The notes: a model not told the origin generated them from the sequence alone. A stretch of 64,000 bases of DNA from Gemmatimonadales bacterium (GCA_037189525.1 JBBCJC010000005.1:1125701-1189700); one strand, 5' to 3'; counted from the first letter of the stretch, positions 9,848-20,381 are shown. Made by a program: numbers and translations.

Positions 9848-9876
9848 ATAGTAGCATGCGGGAAACAAAACGTCAA
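9848..9876 (-). promoter_or_regulatory. Sigma70-type promoter of the padR-permease-CPBP operon
   Basis: Minus strand TTGACG-17 nt-TACTAT with extended -10 TG. Confidence 0.7.
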
Positions 9877-9884
9877 CAAATGAA

Positions 9885-9913
9885 ACAGCCGGCTCGATTT
9901 TCGAACCGGCTGT
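9885..9913 (-). terminator. Probable intrinsic terminator after nrnA
   Basis: Minus strand ACAGCCGGTTCGA-AAA-TCGAGCCGGCTGT followed by TTCATTTGTT. Confidence 0.6.
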
Positions 9914-9936
9914 CAGTCCTGCCTAGAACGGGGTGG

Positions 9937-10956
9937 TCAGCCCTGATAGGCGCCCAAGTAGGTGCGGGCCGCGGACAGAACCTGAGTTTGGACGTCGGCG
10001 AGGGTCCCGGCCAACGACAATCCCGCGGCTTTGACGTGCCCGCCGCCACCGAAGGGTTTGGCAAACCCCGCCACATCGACCGGACCAACCGATCGGAGCG
10101 AGACCTTGATCCGTCCCTGAGCAATTTCCCGGAACAGGAGCGCCATCCGAACGCCCGCGATCGACCGGGCATGCTCGATGATACCGTCCAGATCGTCCGG
10201 GCTGACCCGATGCCGCTCGACAGCGCCCGGCGGCACGGTAACCCACGCCAGCCCGGTCTCGGGCTCCACCACCAGCGTCTGCAGCACCTCGGCGAGGAGA
10301 CGCACCCGCCCTTCCGGCGCTCCCGCATAGACGTCGAGATAGATCGCCTCCGGATCGATGCCCTGGTCCAGCAACTCGGCCGCGATGCGCAGCGTCCGGG
10401 GATGGGTGTTGCTGAACCGGAACCCGCCGGTATCCGTCAGGATGGCGACGTAGAGGGCCCGGGCGGCCGCATGCGTCAGCGGCCAGCCGTTGGCCGCGGC
10501 AATCTCGACGATCAATTCTCCCGTGGCGGCGGCCGCCGGATCGACGTACCGCGGACCGTTAGGCAGCGTCCCCTGGCTGACGTGGTGATCGATGCAGCCG
10601 ACCGGAACGCCCCGCTCCCGCACGGTCTCCGCCAGCATGCCGAGACGCTCGAGATCGCTGATGTCGAGCACCACGATGAGATCGGCGCGCCGGAGGGCTT
10701 TGACGGCCTCGTCGCTGCGATCGACGCCGGGGAGGCCATCGAAGAGGAAGTTGAAGCGGGCCGGCGTCCGGGTCGGATTGGCGATGGTCGCCGACACGCC
10801 AAAGCCGCGCAGCAGGTGGACCAGACCGATTTCGCTGCCGAGTCCGTCGCCATCGGGGTTGACGTGGGTGGTCAGGCAGACGGACGCGCCGGGCGTAAAC
10901 GCACGCGCCAGTTCCTGAGCGGCGGACCGTTTTTCGTCGGTCAGATTGATGGGCAT
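9937..10956 (-). CDS. nrnA: DHH/DHHA1 phosphoesterase (NrnA-like oligoribonuclease/pAp phosphatase)
   Basis: HVNPDGDG, IDHH, TDTGGF, SLRS and GGGH motifs. Confidence 0.88.
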   Translation of the reverse strand: MPINLTDEKRSAAQELARAFTPGASVCLTTHVNPDGDGLGSEIGLVHLLRGFGVSATIANPTRTPARFNFLFDGLPGVDRSDEAVKALRRADLIVVLDISDLERLGMLAETVRERGVPVGCIDHHVSQGTLPNGPRYVDPAAAATGELIVEIAAANGWPLTHAAARALYVAILTDTGGFRFSNTHPRTLRIAAELLDQGIDPEAIYLDVYAGAPEGRVRLLAEVLQTLVVEPETGLAWVTVPPGAVERHRVSPDDLDGIIEHARSIAGVRMALLFREIAQGRIKVSLRSVGPVDVAGFAKPFGGGGHVKAAGLSLAGTLADVQTQVLSAARTYLGAYQG

Positions 10957-11090
10957 TGAGACAAAATAGACCGGCTCGACATCGCTTGGCGAGCCCGCTC
11001 TTTCGGCGCCGCGCGTCCTCCGACATCTTTGACCATCTTTGCGCCACCCCGGCGCCTACTGCCCCCGCCCTTTTCAGACTACGGTGACAG

Positions 11091-12317
11091 ATGCGCCGTC
11101 TCTCCCTGACGCATTGGATCCTGATTGCTACGCTGGTCGGCGCGGTGATCGGCTACCTCGATTTCTACGTCTGGCGCGAAACCGATCTTGCCACAGTGAT
11201 CCGCCCGTTTGCCACCATCTTCATCCGGCTGATCAAGTCCCTGGTGGCGCCTCTCATCTTTGCCACTCTCGTCATCGGGATCGCGGGGCAAGGCGACGAC
11301 GTCCGGCAGATCGGACGGGTCGCCCTCAAAGCCCTGATCTACTTTCAGATCGTCACCACCCTGGCGCTGATCATCGGAATGGTCGCGGCCCACCTCGGCC
11401 AGCCCGGTGCGGGCTTGAGCCTCGCCGGATCGGCCGAGGCGGGCGAGAAACTGGCCAGCACCCGCACGACGTGGCAGAGCGTCCTGGAGAATGCCGTCCC
11501 TACCAGCATCATCGACGCCATGGCGCGGAACGAGACGCTGCAGATCGTCTTCTTTGCGCTGATCTTCGGCACCGCGCTGACGCAGGTCAGCGGCAGGCCG
11601 CGCGAAGTGATGCTGGAGATGTGCGACAGCCTAGCGGAGGTGATGTTCAAGTTCACCGGGCTCGTGATGTTGTACGCGCCGGTGGGTGTCGCCGCGGCCG
11701 TGGCCGTCGCGATTGGCACCAACGGGCTCGGCGTCGTGGTCAGCCTCGGCAAGCTGGTGCTCACCCTCTACGGCGCGCTGCTGGTCCTCGTGCTTGGCGT
11801 GATGCTGCCCGCGGCGGTGATTGCCCGGCTCCGCATCGGGCGGTTCTGGCATTGGAGCCGACAGCCAACGCTGATTGCATTTACGACGGCGTCATCGGAA
11901 GCAGCGCTGCCGCGTGCACTCGAGAACATGGAGAAGTTCGGCGTTCCGAGGCGGATCGCATCGTTCGTTCTGCCGACCGGCTATTCGTTCAATCTCGCCG
12001 GGTCAACGCTCTATCTCGGCCTCGCATCGATCTTCGTGGCCCAGGCCGCCGGGATTACGCTCTCCTTCGGGACGCAGGTGGCGATGGTGCTGACGCTGAT
12101 GCTCACCAGCAAAGGCGTGGCGGGCGTTCCCCGGGCTTCGCTGGTGATCCTGTCCGGGACGTTGTCCCAGTTCGGCCTTCCGCTCGAAGGGATTGCCGTG
12201 ATCCTGGCCGTCGACGTGTTCATGGACATGGCACGCACCGCCGTCAACGTGCTCGGCAACTGCCTGGCGACCGCGGTGGTGGCCCGCTGGGACGGCGCGC
12301 TCGAGAATCGCGGCTAG
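11091..12317 (+). CDS. Dicarboxylate/amino acid:cation symporter (DAACS, GltP/DctA family)
   Basis: FIRLIKSLVAPLIF, AFTTASSEAALP, PTGYSFNL, LTSKGVAGVP and DMARTAVNV motifs. Confidence 0.93.
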   Translation: MRRLSLTHWILIATLVGAVIGYLDFYVWRETDLATVIRPFATIFIRLIKSLVAPLIFATLVIGIAGQGDDVRQIGRVALKALIYFQIVTTLALIIGMVAAHLGQPGAGLSLAGSAEAGEKLASTRTTWQSVLENAVPTSIIDAMARNETLQIVFFALIFGTALTQVSGRPREVMLEMCDSLAEVMFKFTGLVMLYAPVGVAAAVAVAIGTNGLGVVVSLGKLVLTLYGALLVLVLGVMLPAAVIARLRIGRFWHWSRQPTLIAFTTASSEAALPRALENMEKFGVPRRIASFVLPTGYSFNLAGSTLYLGLASIFVAQAAGITLSFGTQVAMVLTLMLTSKGVAGVPRASLVILSGTLSQFGLPLEGIAVILAVDVFMDMARTAVNVLGNCLATAVVARWDGALENRG

Positions 12318-12353
12318 CCGCAACGCAGTTCTTGCGCAGCTTAGGAAACGAGA

Positions 12354-12384
12354 ACGGGCCGGTGGAACATGTCCACCGGCCCGT
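12354..12384. terminator. 13-bp inverted repeat between convergent genes; likely bidirectional terminator
   Basis: ACGGGCCGGTGGA-ACATG-TCCACCGGCCCGT. Confidence 0.6.
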
Positions 12385-12407
12385 CATCGTTGTCGACTGC
12401 TTCAGGA

Positions 12408-13862
12408 TCAGACCTGCTCACCCCGTGCGCGCCGAGCCAGCTTCGAGTTGCGATAGCCGTAGAAGAAGTAGGACGCCACGCCGATCGCGAGCCAGATCAG
12501 GAGACGCTCCCAGGTCCGCCACGGCAGGAAGTACATCAGGTAGAGGCACGAGAGGATACCGGCCGGCGCAATGAACCACACGGCTGGAACCTTGAACGGC
12601 CGGGGAAGGTTCGGCTCCCGAATCCGCAGCAGCAGGACCGCGGAGCAGACGATCACGAACGCCAGCAGGGTGCCGATGGACACCAGCGATGCGGCTTCAC
12701 GCACGTTCAGGAATCCAGCCGGAATCGCGACCGCGACACCGAGCACGATCTGGGTGATCCAGGGCGTCTTGAACTTCGGGTGAATCTTGTTCACGGCCGC
12801 CGGAAGCAGCCCGTCATTGGCCATCGACCAGAAGACGCGGGCCTGCCCCATCAGCTGCACCAGAATCACCGACGACAGACCGGCAATGGCGCCGAGTTCG
12901 ATCAAGCGGGTCATCCAACCCAGTCCGGCCGCGCTCGCCACCTTGGCGATCGGATCCGGCACGTCCAGTTCCTGGTACGGAAGGACGCCTGTCGCAATCG
13001 CCGAGACGACGATGTAGAGGACGGTACAAATCACCAGCGATCCGATGATGCCGATCGGCATGTCACGCTGCGGATTCTTCGCTTCCTGCGCCGCGGTACT
13101 CACCGCGTCGAACCCGATGTACGCAAAGAAGACGATACCGGCACCGGCAATCACGCCCGTAATACCGAACTCTTCTCGATGCCCCAGGTTGGCCGGGATG
13201 AACGGCTGCCAGTTCGCCGGATCGATGGCCCGCCAGGCGAAGAGGATGAAGAGCAGGATGACGCCGACCTTGATGAACACGACGATGTTGTTCAGCGTGG
13301 CCGATTCCTTGATGCCGCGCACCAGGATCGCCGTCACCAGCAACACGATGAACATGGCCGGGAGGTTGAGGATGGCGGTGACCGTCGAACCATCGGCCAT
13401 CGTCACCTGGGTACCGGCCGCCGCGGAGAATGCGGCTGGTATGTGTATTCCTATGTTGTTGAGGAATGAGACCAGATAGCCGGACCAACCGATCGCGACC
13501 GTCGTCGCGGAAAGCGCATACTCGAGGACGAGATCCCAGCCGATGATCCAGGCGAAGATCTCACCGAGCGTCGCATACCCGTAGGTGTATGCGCTGCCGG
13601 CAATCGGGACCAGCGCCGCGAACTCGGAGTAACAGAAGGCCGCGAAGATGGCGGCTGACCCTGCGAGCACGAACGACAGGATGATGGCCGGTCCCGCGTT
13701 CCTCGCCGCTACCGTACCGGTCAGTACGAAGATGCCGGTTCCGATAATGGCGCCGATACCCAAGAACGTGAGGTTGAGCGGTCCGAGGACGCGCTGCAAC
13801 CCGTGTTCGGATGTTGCCTCCGCTTGTAAGTCGGCAATCGCTTTCCGACGAAATATCGACAT
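12408..13862 (-). CDS. APC-family amino acid permease (CAT-like)
   Basis: GIGAIIGTGIF, YSEFA..VP.AGSAYTY, FFAYIGFDAVSTAAQEAKNPQRD. Confidence 0.93.
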   Translation of the reverse strand: MSIFRRKAIADLQAEATSEHGLQRVLGPLNLTFLGIGAIIGTGIFVLTGTVAARNAGPAIILSFVLAGSAAIFAAFCYSEFAALVPIAGSAYTYGYATLGEIFAWIIGWDLVLEYALSATTVAIGWSGYLVSFLNNIGIHIPAAFSAAAGTQVTMADGSTVTAILNLPAMFIVLLVTAILVRGIKESATLNNIVVFIKVGVILLFILFAWRAIDPANWQPFIPANLGHREEFGITGVIAGAGIVFFAYIGFDAVSTAAQEAKNPQRDMPIGIIGSLVICTVLYIVVSAIATGVLPYQELDVPDPIAKVASAAGLGWMTRLIELGAIAGLSSVILVQLMGQARVFWSMANDGLLPAAVNKIHPKFKTPWITQIVLGVAVAIPAGFLNVREAASLVSIGTLLAFVIVCSAVLLLRIREPNLPRPFKVPAVWFIAPAGILSCLYLMYFLPWRTWERLLIWLAIGVASYFFYGYRNSKLARRARGEQV

Positions 13863-13997
13863 GGGCAATACTCGCAGTGATGAGACCACGCACAAGCCGC
13901 GCGGATGGGCCAAGCGAGACCCGCTCCGGCGGCACGGAAAATCGACAACGATATAAAACTGACGAACCCTACGAAAACACCGAACGAACGACGAACG

Positions 13998-15455
13998 TCA
14001 CTTACTGTAATTGGGCGCTTCCCGGGTGATGGTCACATCGTGCGGATGCGATTCCCGCAGACCCGCCGCGGTGATCTGGACCATTTCCGTATCACGCCTG
14101 AGTGCGACCAGATCGGCCGCCCCGCAGTACCCCATTCCGCTTCGCAGACCGCCCACCATCTGAAACAACACATCACCCACAGGCCCCCGATACGGCACTC
14201 GGCCTTCGATGCCTTCGGGAACCATCTTGGAGGGCGTCAACTCACCCTCCTGGAAGTACCGGTGGGCCGACCCGTCCTGCATGGCGGCGAGACTCCCCAT
14301 GCCGCGGATCATCTTGAACCGACGGCCCTCCGCCAGAACGGACTCACCCGGGCTTTCCTCGGTCCCGGCAAGCATCGACCCCATCATGACTGACGAGGCC
14401 CCGGCCGCCATGGCCTTCACAATATCGCCTGAATATTTGATTCCGCCATCCGCAATCACCGGAACGTCCCCGGCACCCCGGATCGCGTCCATGATGGCGG
14501 TGACCTGCGGTACCCCCACGCCGGTGACGACGCGAGTGGTACAGATGCTCCCGGGTCCAATGCCGACCTTGATCGCATCGCACCCGCGCCGAGCCAGTTC
14601 CCGGGCGCCAGCCTCGGTGGCCACGTTGCCGCCGATCAGCTGCGCATCCGGAAAGGTTTCCCGCAAACGGTCGATGGCCGACAGCACACCAGCACTATGT
14701 CCGTGGGCCGAATCGAGCACCAGCACATCGCATCCGGCGTCCAGCAGCGCCTTGGCCCGCGCCAAGGTATCCTGCCCGGCACCGAGCGCACCCGCGACGC
14801 GGAGCCGACCGTGCTCGTCTTTGTTGGCCTCGGGATACCGCTGACGCTTGAAGATGTCTTTGACGGTGATGAGCCCCTTCAGCACACCCGCTCCGTCGAC
14901 CACCGGCAGTTTCTCGATCCGATGCTGCGCCAGAATCCGTTCGGCCTCATCGAGGGTCGTGCCCACGGGCGCGGTAACCAGGTTGTCCTTGGTCATGGCG
15001 CCCTGGATCGGCCGATCGAGATCCCGCTCGAACTGGAGATCGCGATTAGTCAGGATGCCGATCAGCTTGCCGTGCGCATCCACGATCGGAACCCCGGAGA
15101 TGCGGAACCGCGTCATCAGCGTCGCGGCCTCACGAATCGGCCGGTCCGGACCGAGCGTGATGGGATTCAGAATCATCCCGCTCTCACTGCGCTTGACCCG
15201 ATCGATCTCGGCCGCCTGGCGGTCGATCGACATGTTCATGTGCACCACGCCGATCCCGCCGGCCCGCGCCATGGCGATGGCCATTTCCGCCTCGGTGACG
15301 GTGTCCATCGCGGCAGCAATGAGCGGGATGTTGAGGGGGATGCGGCTGGTCAGTTGGGTCCGAACGGAAACGTCACGCGGGTGAACGGCGCTTTCGCGCG
15401 GGACGAGAAGCACGTCGTCGAACGTAAGTGCGACGCCGGCGCGGAGCGAGCTCAT
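13998..15455 (-). CDS. guaB: IMP dehydrogenase with CBS pair
   Basis: [18 protein letters not shown], catalytic [35 protein letters not shown]. Confidence 0.97.
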   Translation of the reverse strand: MSSLRAGVALTFDDVLLVPRESAVHPRDVSVRTQLTSRIPLNIPLIAAAMDTVTEAEMAIAMARAGGIGVVHMNMSIDRQAAEIDRVKRSESGMILNPITLGPDRPIREAATLMTRFRISGVPIVDAHGKLIGILTNRDLQFERDLDRPIQGAMTKDNLVTAPVGTTLDEAERILAQHRIEKLPVVDGAGVLKGLITVKDIFKRQRYPEANKDEHGRLRVAGALGAGQDTLARAKALLDAGCDVLVLDSAHGHSAGVLSAIDRLRETFPDAQLIGGNVATEAGARELARRGCDAIKVGIGPGSICTTRVVTGVGVPQVTAIMDAIRGAGDVPVIADGGIKYSGDIVKAMAAGASSVMMGSMLAGTEESPGESVLAEGRRFKMIRGMGSLAAMQDGSAHRYFQEGELTPSKMVPEGIEGRVPYRGPVGDVLFQMVGGLRSGMGYCGAADLVALRRDTEMVQITAAGLRESHPHDVTITREAPNYSK

Positions 15456-15570
15456 CGGAAACGAATCTCGAGTACGTGGGTGCAGTGTCCTGCGAAACAT
15501 CTGGCGGCGAGCATGGACGAATCTAGGGCGAACAGCCCATCGAATCAAGAACGAAATCGCCGCGGCGAGC

Positions 15571-15948
15571 CTAACGGCCTTCCGGGGAGCCGGCGCCCGA
15601 CGATCCGGTATCCGACGATTTGCCCGGGGGCACCGACTTGCTCGCGGGGCGCTCGACGGCCTGCATGGCTTCGTCCACGACCGCCTGGGCCGCCGCCGCC
15701 ACACCACGCATCACTTTGCCCGCGCTGTCCATCACGCCCATGGTGCCCGAGATGGCTTTGACCGGCACCTTGCCCGCCCGGAGGACGTCCTCGACCGTCT
15801 CCGTCACTCGCGCGAAGACGTTGGTCGGCGCCACCCGCTCGGCGTATTTGCTCTCGAGAAACTCGACGTAGTCGAGGATCTGATATCCGCGCTGGTCGCT
15901 CAGCGTCTCGAGCCGACGCATGATCCGCTGCTTGAGGTTCTCGTTCAT
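15571..15948 (-). CDS. Conserved hypothetical protein (DUF2281-like N-terminus)
   Basis: ATG overlaps upstream stop (ATGA); helical [13 protein letters not shown] segment. Confidence 0.65.
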   Translation of the reverse strand: MNENLKQRIMRRLETLSDQRGYQILDYVEFLESKYAERVAPTNVFARVTETVEDVLRAGKVPVKAISGTMGVMDSAGKVMRGVAAAAQAVVDEAMQAVERPASKSVPPGKSSDTGSSGAGSPEGR

Positions 15949-17084
15949 CGTTCGACCACCTTGACGAATTCGAGCACGGGTGTCGGCAGAAACTTGGTCC
16001 GGCCGGACCGCAGTACCGCCTCGACGGTGACTTCGTCGAGCGGCGTGAGACGACGAAACTGCGCGGCCTGGTCACGCGTCACCATGACATAAGTGAACCC
16101 GCTCTCGGGCAACGGACCGCGCGCCAGCAGATACGGCTGTCCCTGCGGCATTTCCGGCCGCAGCGCATCCGCCTCCTGCACCGCCAGGAACTGGAGCCGC
16201 CAGGTGACCGTCTGGCCGAGATAGCGTTCGGGCGCTTCCCGCACCATGACGCCGGTGATGGCCGGAATGATCGGCGCGTCATCGGTGATGTCCTCGGCCC
16301 GAATCCAACCATCCATCCGAACCCGGACCCACTCACCGTCACGCTCGAGCACCGCGACCGTCGACCCGCCGGAGAAGGTGGCCACCGATTTCCCGTCGCG
16401 AGTCGGCGCGATGCCGGCTCCGGCTCTGAGCGCCGCCATCCCGGCCGCGACGCTCGGCGCCTGCCCGGCATCCGTGGGAGCAACCACCTGACGTACCGCC
16501 GGAGTCGAATCAGCGGGCCGCGTGGTGGTCGCCGCCGCGGGGGGCGGCACCGGAGCGGCCGACACTGGAGCGGGAGCAGGTGCTGGAGCGGGCGCGGTTC
16601 GATCCTGAGGCGCTGCGGGTGTGGCCGCCGTCTCGACCGTCGGGTCGCTCAGGCCGGACCGGACCACCCAACCCTCCCGCCGGACCCGGACCCAGCTACC
16701 GCGCGTCTCGGCCCGGCTGAGCAGGGTCCCTTCCTGCAGCCGCGCCGAGGTGCCGGTGCCGGGACCGGTTCTGAGTGGCTCACCCGAACGCGCGGTGACC
16801 ACGAGATCGAATCCGTCGCGGGTGGTTGCCTGGACCGATGAGGACGGCAGCCAGCCTTCGAGGGTGACCTGAACATGACCGTCGCGCGTGCGGCCCACCG
16901 AATAGGTGGTACCGGAAATCAGCGTCGCCAGCCGAATCCCGTTCGGATCTTTGAGCAGGGGCGCGGCGGCATTGGCACGGAGTCGGTTTTGACCGGACAG
17001 CGGCGAGGCGATGGCGACCAGAATGAGCGCCAGGCAGGCTGGTAGGCGACCCAGCCCCGAACTAGATTGCGGCAGCTTTAACAC
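15945..17084 (-). CDS. Exported multi-SH3-like domain protein with Pro/Ala linker
   Basis: Signal-like LALILVAIASPLSG; three repeats VQVTLEGW/WVRVRREGW/WVRVRMDGW; start uncertain. Confidence 0.65.
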   Translation of the reverse strand: MLKLPQSSSGLGRLPACLALILVAIASPLSGQNRLRANAAAPLLKDPNGIRLATLISGTTYSVGRTRDGHVQVTLEGWLPSSSVQATTRDGFDLVVTARSGEPLRTGPGTGTSARLQEGTLLSRAETRGSWVRVRREGWVVRSGLSDPTVETAATPAAPQDRTAPAPAPAPAPVSAAPVPPPAAATTTRPADSTPAVRQVVAPTDAGQAPSVAAGMAALRAGAGIAPTRDGKSVATFSGGSTVAVLERDGEWVRVRMDGWIRAEDITDDAPIIPAITGVMVREAPERYLGQTVTWRLQFLAVQEADALRPEMPQGQPYLLARGPLPESGFTYVMVTRDQAAQFRRLTPLDEVTVEAVLRSGRTKFLPTPVLEFVKVVER

Positions 17085-17113
17085 GTTTCGGATTGTAGAC
17101 GACGCTCGAAACC

Positions 17114-18658
17114 ATGTCAAACCGTAACGCCCCGGTCGCACTGATTGTCCTCGACGGCTGGGGCTATCGCAGCGACCCCAGAGACAACGCGATCGAACTC
17201 GGCCGGACTCCGGTCTGGCACCAGGTCTGGAACGGATCGCCCCGGACCCTGCTGGACGCGAGTGGGCTCGCCGTCGGGCTGCCAGCCGGCCAGATGGGCA
17301 ACAGCGAAGTCGGCCACCTCAATCTCGGTGCCGGCCGCGTCGTGATGCAGGACCTGGTCCGGATTTCCGAGAGCATTCGGACCGGCGCGTTTTTCGATCT
17401 CCAGGCCTTCCGCGAACTCGGCAGCCATCTGGCCCGCACCGGCGGTACCCTGCACCTGATCGGGTTGGTCGGCAACGGCGGGGTCCACGCCATCGATACC
17501 CATCTACTTGCCGCGCTCGAACTCGGTATGCGCCTGGGCGTCCAACGGATTGCGGTGCACGCCTTCCTCGACGGCCGAGACACGCTGCCGATGTCGGCGC
17601 TCGGATTCGTCGAGACACTGGCGGCGGATATTCGTCGCCTCACCGGCGGCCGCGGTGTGCTGGCCAGTTTGATCGGGCGGTACTTCGCGATGGATCGCGA
17701 CCGGCGCTGGGATCGCACCAAGCTCGCCTATGACCTGATGGTGCATGGTGTCGGTGGGGTCGCCACCGATCCGGTCGAGGCCATCAAAGCCGCCTACGAG
17801 CGGGGCGAGACCGACGAGTTCATCAAGCCGATCGTGATCCACCGGCACGGCGCGCCAGCTGCGCTGCTGCAGGACGGCGACGGTGTCTTCTGCTTCAACT
17901 ACCGCAGCGACCGGATGCGCCAGATCGTCCGCGCGCTGGCCATCGATGGCTTCGACGGGTTCCCGGTGGCCGACCGCCCCGCGCTCTCGCTGGTCACGAT
18001 GACGCAGTACGACGGCACTTTCGGGTTGCCCACGGCATTCCCGCCGTTCAACCTGGCCCGGATTCTGGCCGAAGTGCTGGCCGACGCCTCACGCACCCAG
18101 TTCCGCACCGCTGAGACCGAGAAGTATCCGCACGTCACCTATTTCTTCAACGGCGGCATCGAACCGCCCTATCCCGGCGAAGAGCGGCAGCTGATCCAGT
18201 CGCCCAAGGTGGCCACCTACGATCTGATGCCGGAAATGAGCGCCCAGGGCATTGCCGACGCGCTCTGCACGGCCATGACGAGACGGGCCCACGATTTCTT
18301 CCTCTGTAATTTTGCCAACGCCGACATGGTTGGTCACACCGGTGTGCCTTCGGCCATTCTTCGCGCGGTCGAAACGATCGACCAATGCCTCGGGCGGATC
18401 CTCGAAGCGGCCGAACGGAGCGGAACCCGCGTTCTGATCACGGCCGATCACGGCAACTGTGAGATGATGGTCGACCCCATCTCCGGCGGACCGCACACCG
18501 CGCACACCACCAATCCGGTCCCGTTCGTGGCCGTTGGCACCTCGTTCACCGGCCTACGATCAGGCGGCGCCCTCTGCGATGTGGCGCCGACGGTCCTCGA
18601 TCTGCTTGGCCTCGATCAACCGGTCGAAATGACCGGACGGAGTCTGTCTCGTGCTTAG
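17114..18658 (+). CDS. gpmI: 2,3-bisphosphoglycerate-independent phosphoglycerate mutase
   Basis: LDGWG, GQMGNSEVGH, GRYFAMDRD, AETEKYPHVT, NADMVGHTG, TADHGN. Confidence 0.97.
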   Translation: MSNRNAPVALIVLDGWGYRSDPRDNAIELGRTPVWHQVWNGSPRTLLDASGLAVGLPAGQMGNSEVGHLNLGAGRVVMQDLVRISESIRTGAFFDLQAFRELGSHLARTGGTLHLIGLVGNGGVHAIDTHLLAALELGMRLGVQRIAVHAFLDGRDTLPMSALGFVETLAADIRRLTGGRGVLASLIGRYFAMDRDRRWDRTKLAYDLMVHGVGGVATDPVEAIKAAYERGETDEFIKPIVIHRHGAPAALLQDGDGVFCFNYRSDRMRQIVRALAIDGFDGFPVADRPALSLVTMTQYDGTFGLPTAFPPFNLARILAEVLADASRTQFRTAETEKYPHVTYFFNGGIEPPYPGEERQLIQSPKVATYDLMPEMSAQGIADALCTAMTRRAHDFFLCNFANADMVGHTGVPSAILRAVETIDQCLGRILEAAERSGTRVLITADHGNCEMMVDPISGGPHTAHTTNPVPFVAVGTSFTGLRSGGALCDVAPTVLDLLGLDQPVEMTGRSLSRA

Positions 18659-19370
18659 TATCCTGGTGCGCATCACATCGGCCGTCGTCCTTGCCGTTGC
18701 CCTTGCCGGGCCGGTCCAGGCGCAGGTCGGTCATGACCCGGCTCGCAGTCCCTATCGGGATCTTCGCTGGGGGCAGTTCATCTCCCTCTCGGCGGGCCAG
18801 GCCTTCGGAGCTGGCGGGTCCCACGGGCTCGGACCGCAGGACGGCCGCGTCATCTGGGCCCGGCACGAGTTCCTTGCCGATCGCCCGCTGACGATCGGGT
18901 TCGGCGCCGGCTACGCACAGCTGCAGCGGAACTTTGCCGACACCTCGTTGTCGGGCCAGGGATTCCGCGGTCCGGTCGACCAGAATGTCTGGTTTGCCGA
19001 AGGCGTCCTCCAGCTCAATCTGACCGGCGGCAAGACCTGGAACAGCCTTGCCCCGTACATCGGTCTCGGGCTCGGCCTGGCTTTCGGTGAAAATGTTCCC
19101 GAAGACCGGTCGGGCTACAAGTTCGGCACCAAGTTCTACTTTGCGCCCGCGGTCGGATTGCGCACATTCGTGACCCGGCGGCTCTATGTCCGCGCCGAGG
19201 CACGCGCGGTCTTCTGGAACCTGTCGTACCCGGCGCTCTACCGCACCTATGATCCGGATGGCCTGGGCCCGATGCAGCCGCTCCTGGCCGATCAGCCGCT
19301 CAAAGAGTGGGCGCCGACTCCCATGCTGCACGCCGGCCTGGGCTACGCCTTCCGCAACCCCTTCTTCTGA
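18651..19370 (+). CDS. Exported protein, probable small outer-membrane beta-barrel
   Basis: Signal peptide ending VQA; amphipathic strands (PYIGLGLGLAF, AGLGYAF); aromatic C-terminus. Confidence 0.65.
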   Translation: MLSILVRITSAVVLAVALAGPVQAQVGHDPARSPYRDLRWGQFISLSAGQAFGAGGSHGLGPQDGRVIWARHEFLADRPLTIGFGAGYAQLQRNFADTSLSGQGFRGPVDQNVWFAEGVLQLNLTGGKTWNSLAPYIGLGLGLAFGENVPEDRSGYKFGTKFYFAPAVGLRTFVTRRLYVRAEARAVFWNLSYPALYRTYDPDGLGPMQPLLADQPLKEWAPTPMLHAGLGYAFRNPFF

Positions 19371-19383
19371 CGATCGAGCGCCG

Positions 19384-19788
19384 GTGCAGCTCCGCCTGGT
19401 TCGCACGGTCACGTTCCGCGCCTGGCACCGGCTCAGCGATTCGCGCGCAACCGACGCGGACAATCGGGCGCGGTTCGGCGCGACAGCCGACGCGCATCCC
19501 CACGACTACCGGTGCGAGGTTGCCGTTACCGGCCCGGTGGACGAGCGCCTGCCGATGGTGATGGACCTGGCGACGCTGGACCGGCTGCTCACCGAGCAGG
19601 TGGTCGAGCCGTGGCACGGCAAATACCTCCATCGCGACGACCCCGCCTTCCGGGATACCCTGCCGACCTGCGAGGGAATTGCTCGCGAAGTCTTCCGACG
19701 GCTGGCCCCGCGACTCCCCACCGGCGTCCAGCTCGCGGCGGTGACCATCGCGGAAGACGACCGGCTGCGCGCCGAGTGCCGTCCCTGA
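19384..19788 (+). CDS. 6-pyruvoyl-tetrahydropterin synthase/QueD-family protein (atypical active site)
   Basis: TFRAWHRL...HPHDYRCEVAVTG...VMDL..LD...PTCE...VTIAE; GTG start inferred. Confidence 0.8.
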   Translation: MQLRLVRTVTFRAWHRLSDSRATDADNRARFGATADAHPHDYRCEVAVTGPVDERLPMVMDLATLDRLLTEQVVEPWHGKYLHRDDPAFRDTLPTCEGIAREVFRRLAPRLPTGVQLAAVTIAEDDRLRAECRP

Positions 19789-20381
19789 CCGTCCAGAGCG
19801 CGGTGATTGCCGGGGGCGACGCCCGCCGGCTGGGTGGCGTGCCCAAAGGCCTGCTCGAAGTACACGGCCGCCGGATCCTCGACCGGATCGTCGAGGCCTG
19901 CACGACAGCCTTCGGCCAGGCACCTTTGCTCATCGCCAATTCGCCAGCCGCGCACGAGTGGATCCCCGGACTCACGGTAGTGCCCGACCTGGTGCCAGGC
20001 CTGGGCCCGCTCGGCGGGATCCGAACCGCCGTCCGGACCGCGGGCGGGCCGGTCGTCTGCGTTGCCTGGGATCTCCCGTTCCTCACCCCCGAGCTGCTGC
20101 GCACCGTCGCGGCGCCGCTCGACCGGTATGATGCGGTCGTTCCCGAGAGCAGCCCCGGACGACTCGAACCGCTCTGCGCCGGGTATGGACCGGGGGCGTT
20201 GCCCGCGATCGACGCGGCGCTGGTGCGTGGGGATCATCGGGTCACCGGCTGGCTGACCGAGGTACGCCTCCATCGCATCGCGCCGGATGCGCTTGCTGCG
20301 CTCGGTGACGTTGCGCGGCTTTTTCTCAACATCAATACGGCGGACGACCTGGCTCGCGCCAATGCGGCCACCGCCCGATAG
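19776..20381 (+). CDS. mobA: Molybdenum cofactor guanylyltransferase
   Basis: IAGGDARRLGG.PKGLL, GPLGGI, AWDLP, EPLCA.Y, FLNINT.DD. Confidence 0.88.
   Translation: MPSLTVQSAVIAGGDARRLGGVPKGLLEVHGRRILDRIVEACTTAFGQAPLLIANSPAAHEWIPGLTVVPDLVPGLGPLGGIRTAVRTAGGPVVCVAWDLPFLTPELLRTVAAPLDRYDAVVPESSPGRLEPLCAGYGPGALPAIDAALVRGDHRVTGWLTEVRLHRIAPDALAALGDVARLFLNINTADDLARANAATAR

Noticed and set aside
12319..12345. CGCAAC-N15-CTTAGG, a possible third copy of the 29-bp element
   Set aside because: Spacer is 15 nt rather than 17 and the arms are degenerate.
13962..13997. Short ACGA/CGAA-rich repeats after guaB
   Set aside because: Too short and irregular for a CRISPR, iteron or tandem-repeat call.
16540..16630. 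Repetitive GGAGCG-like DNA
   Set aside because: Encodes the Pro/Ala linker of the SH3-like protein; not an independent repeat.
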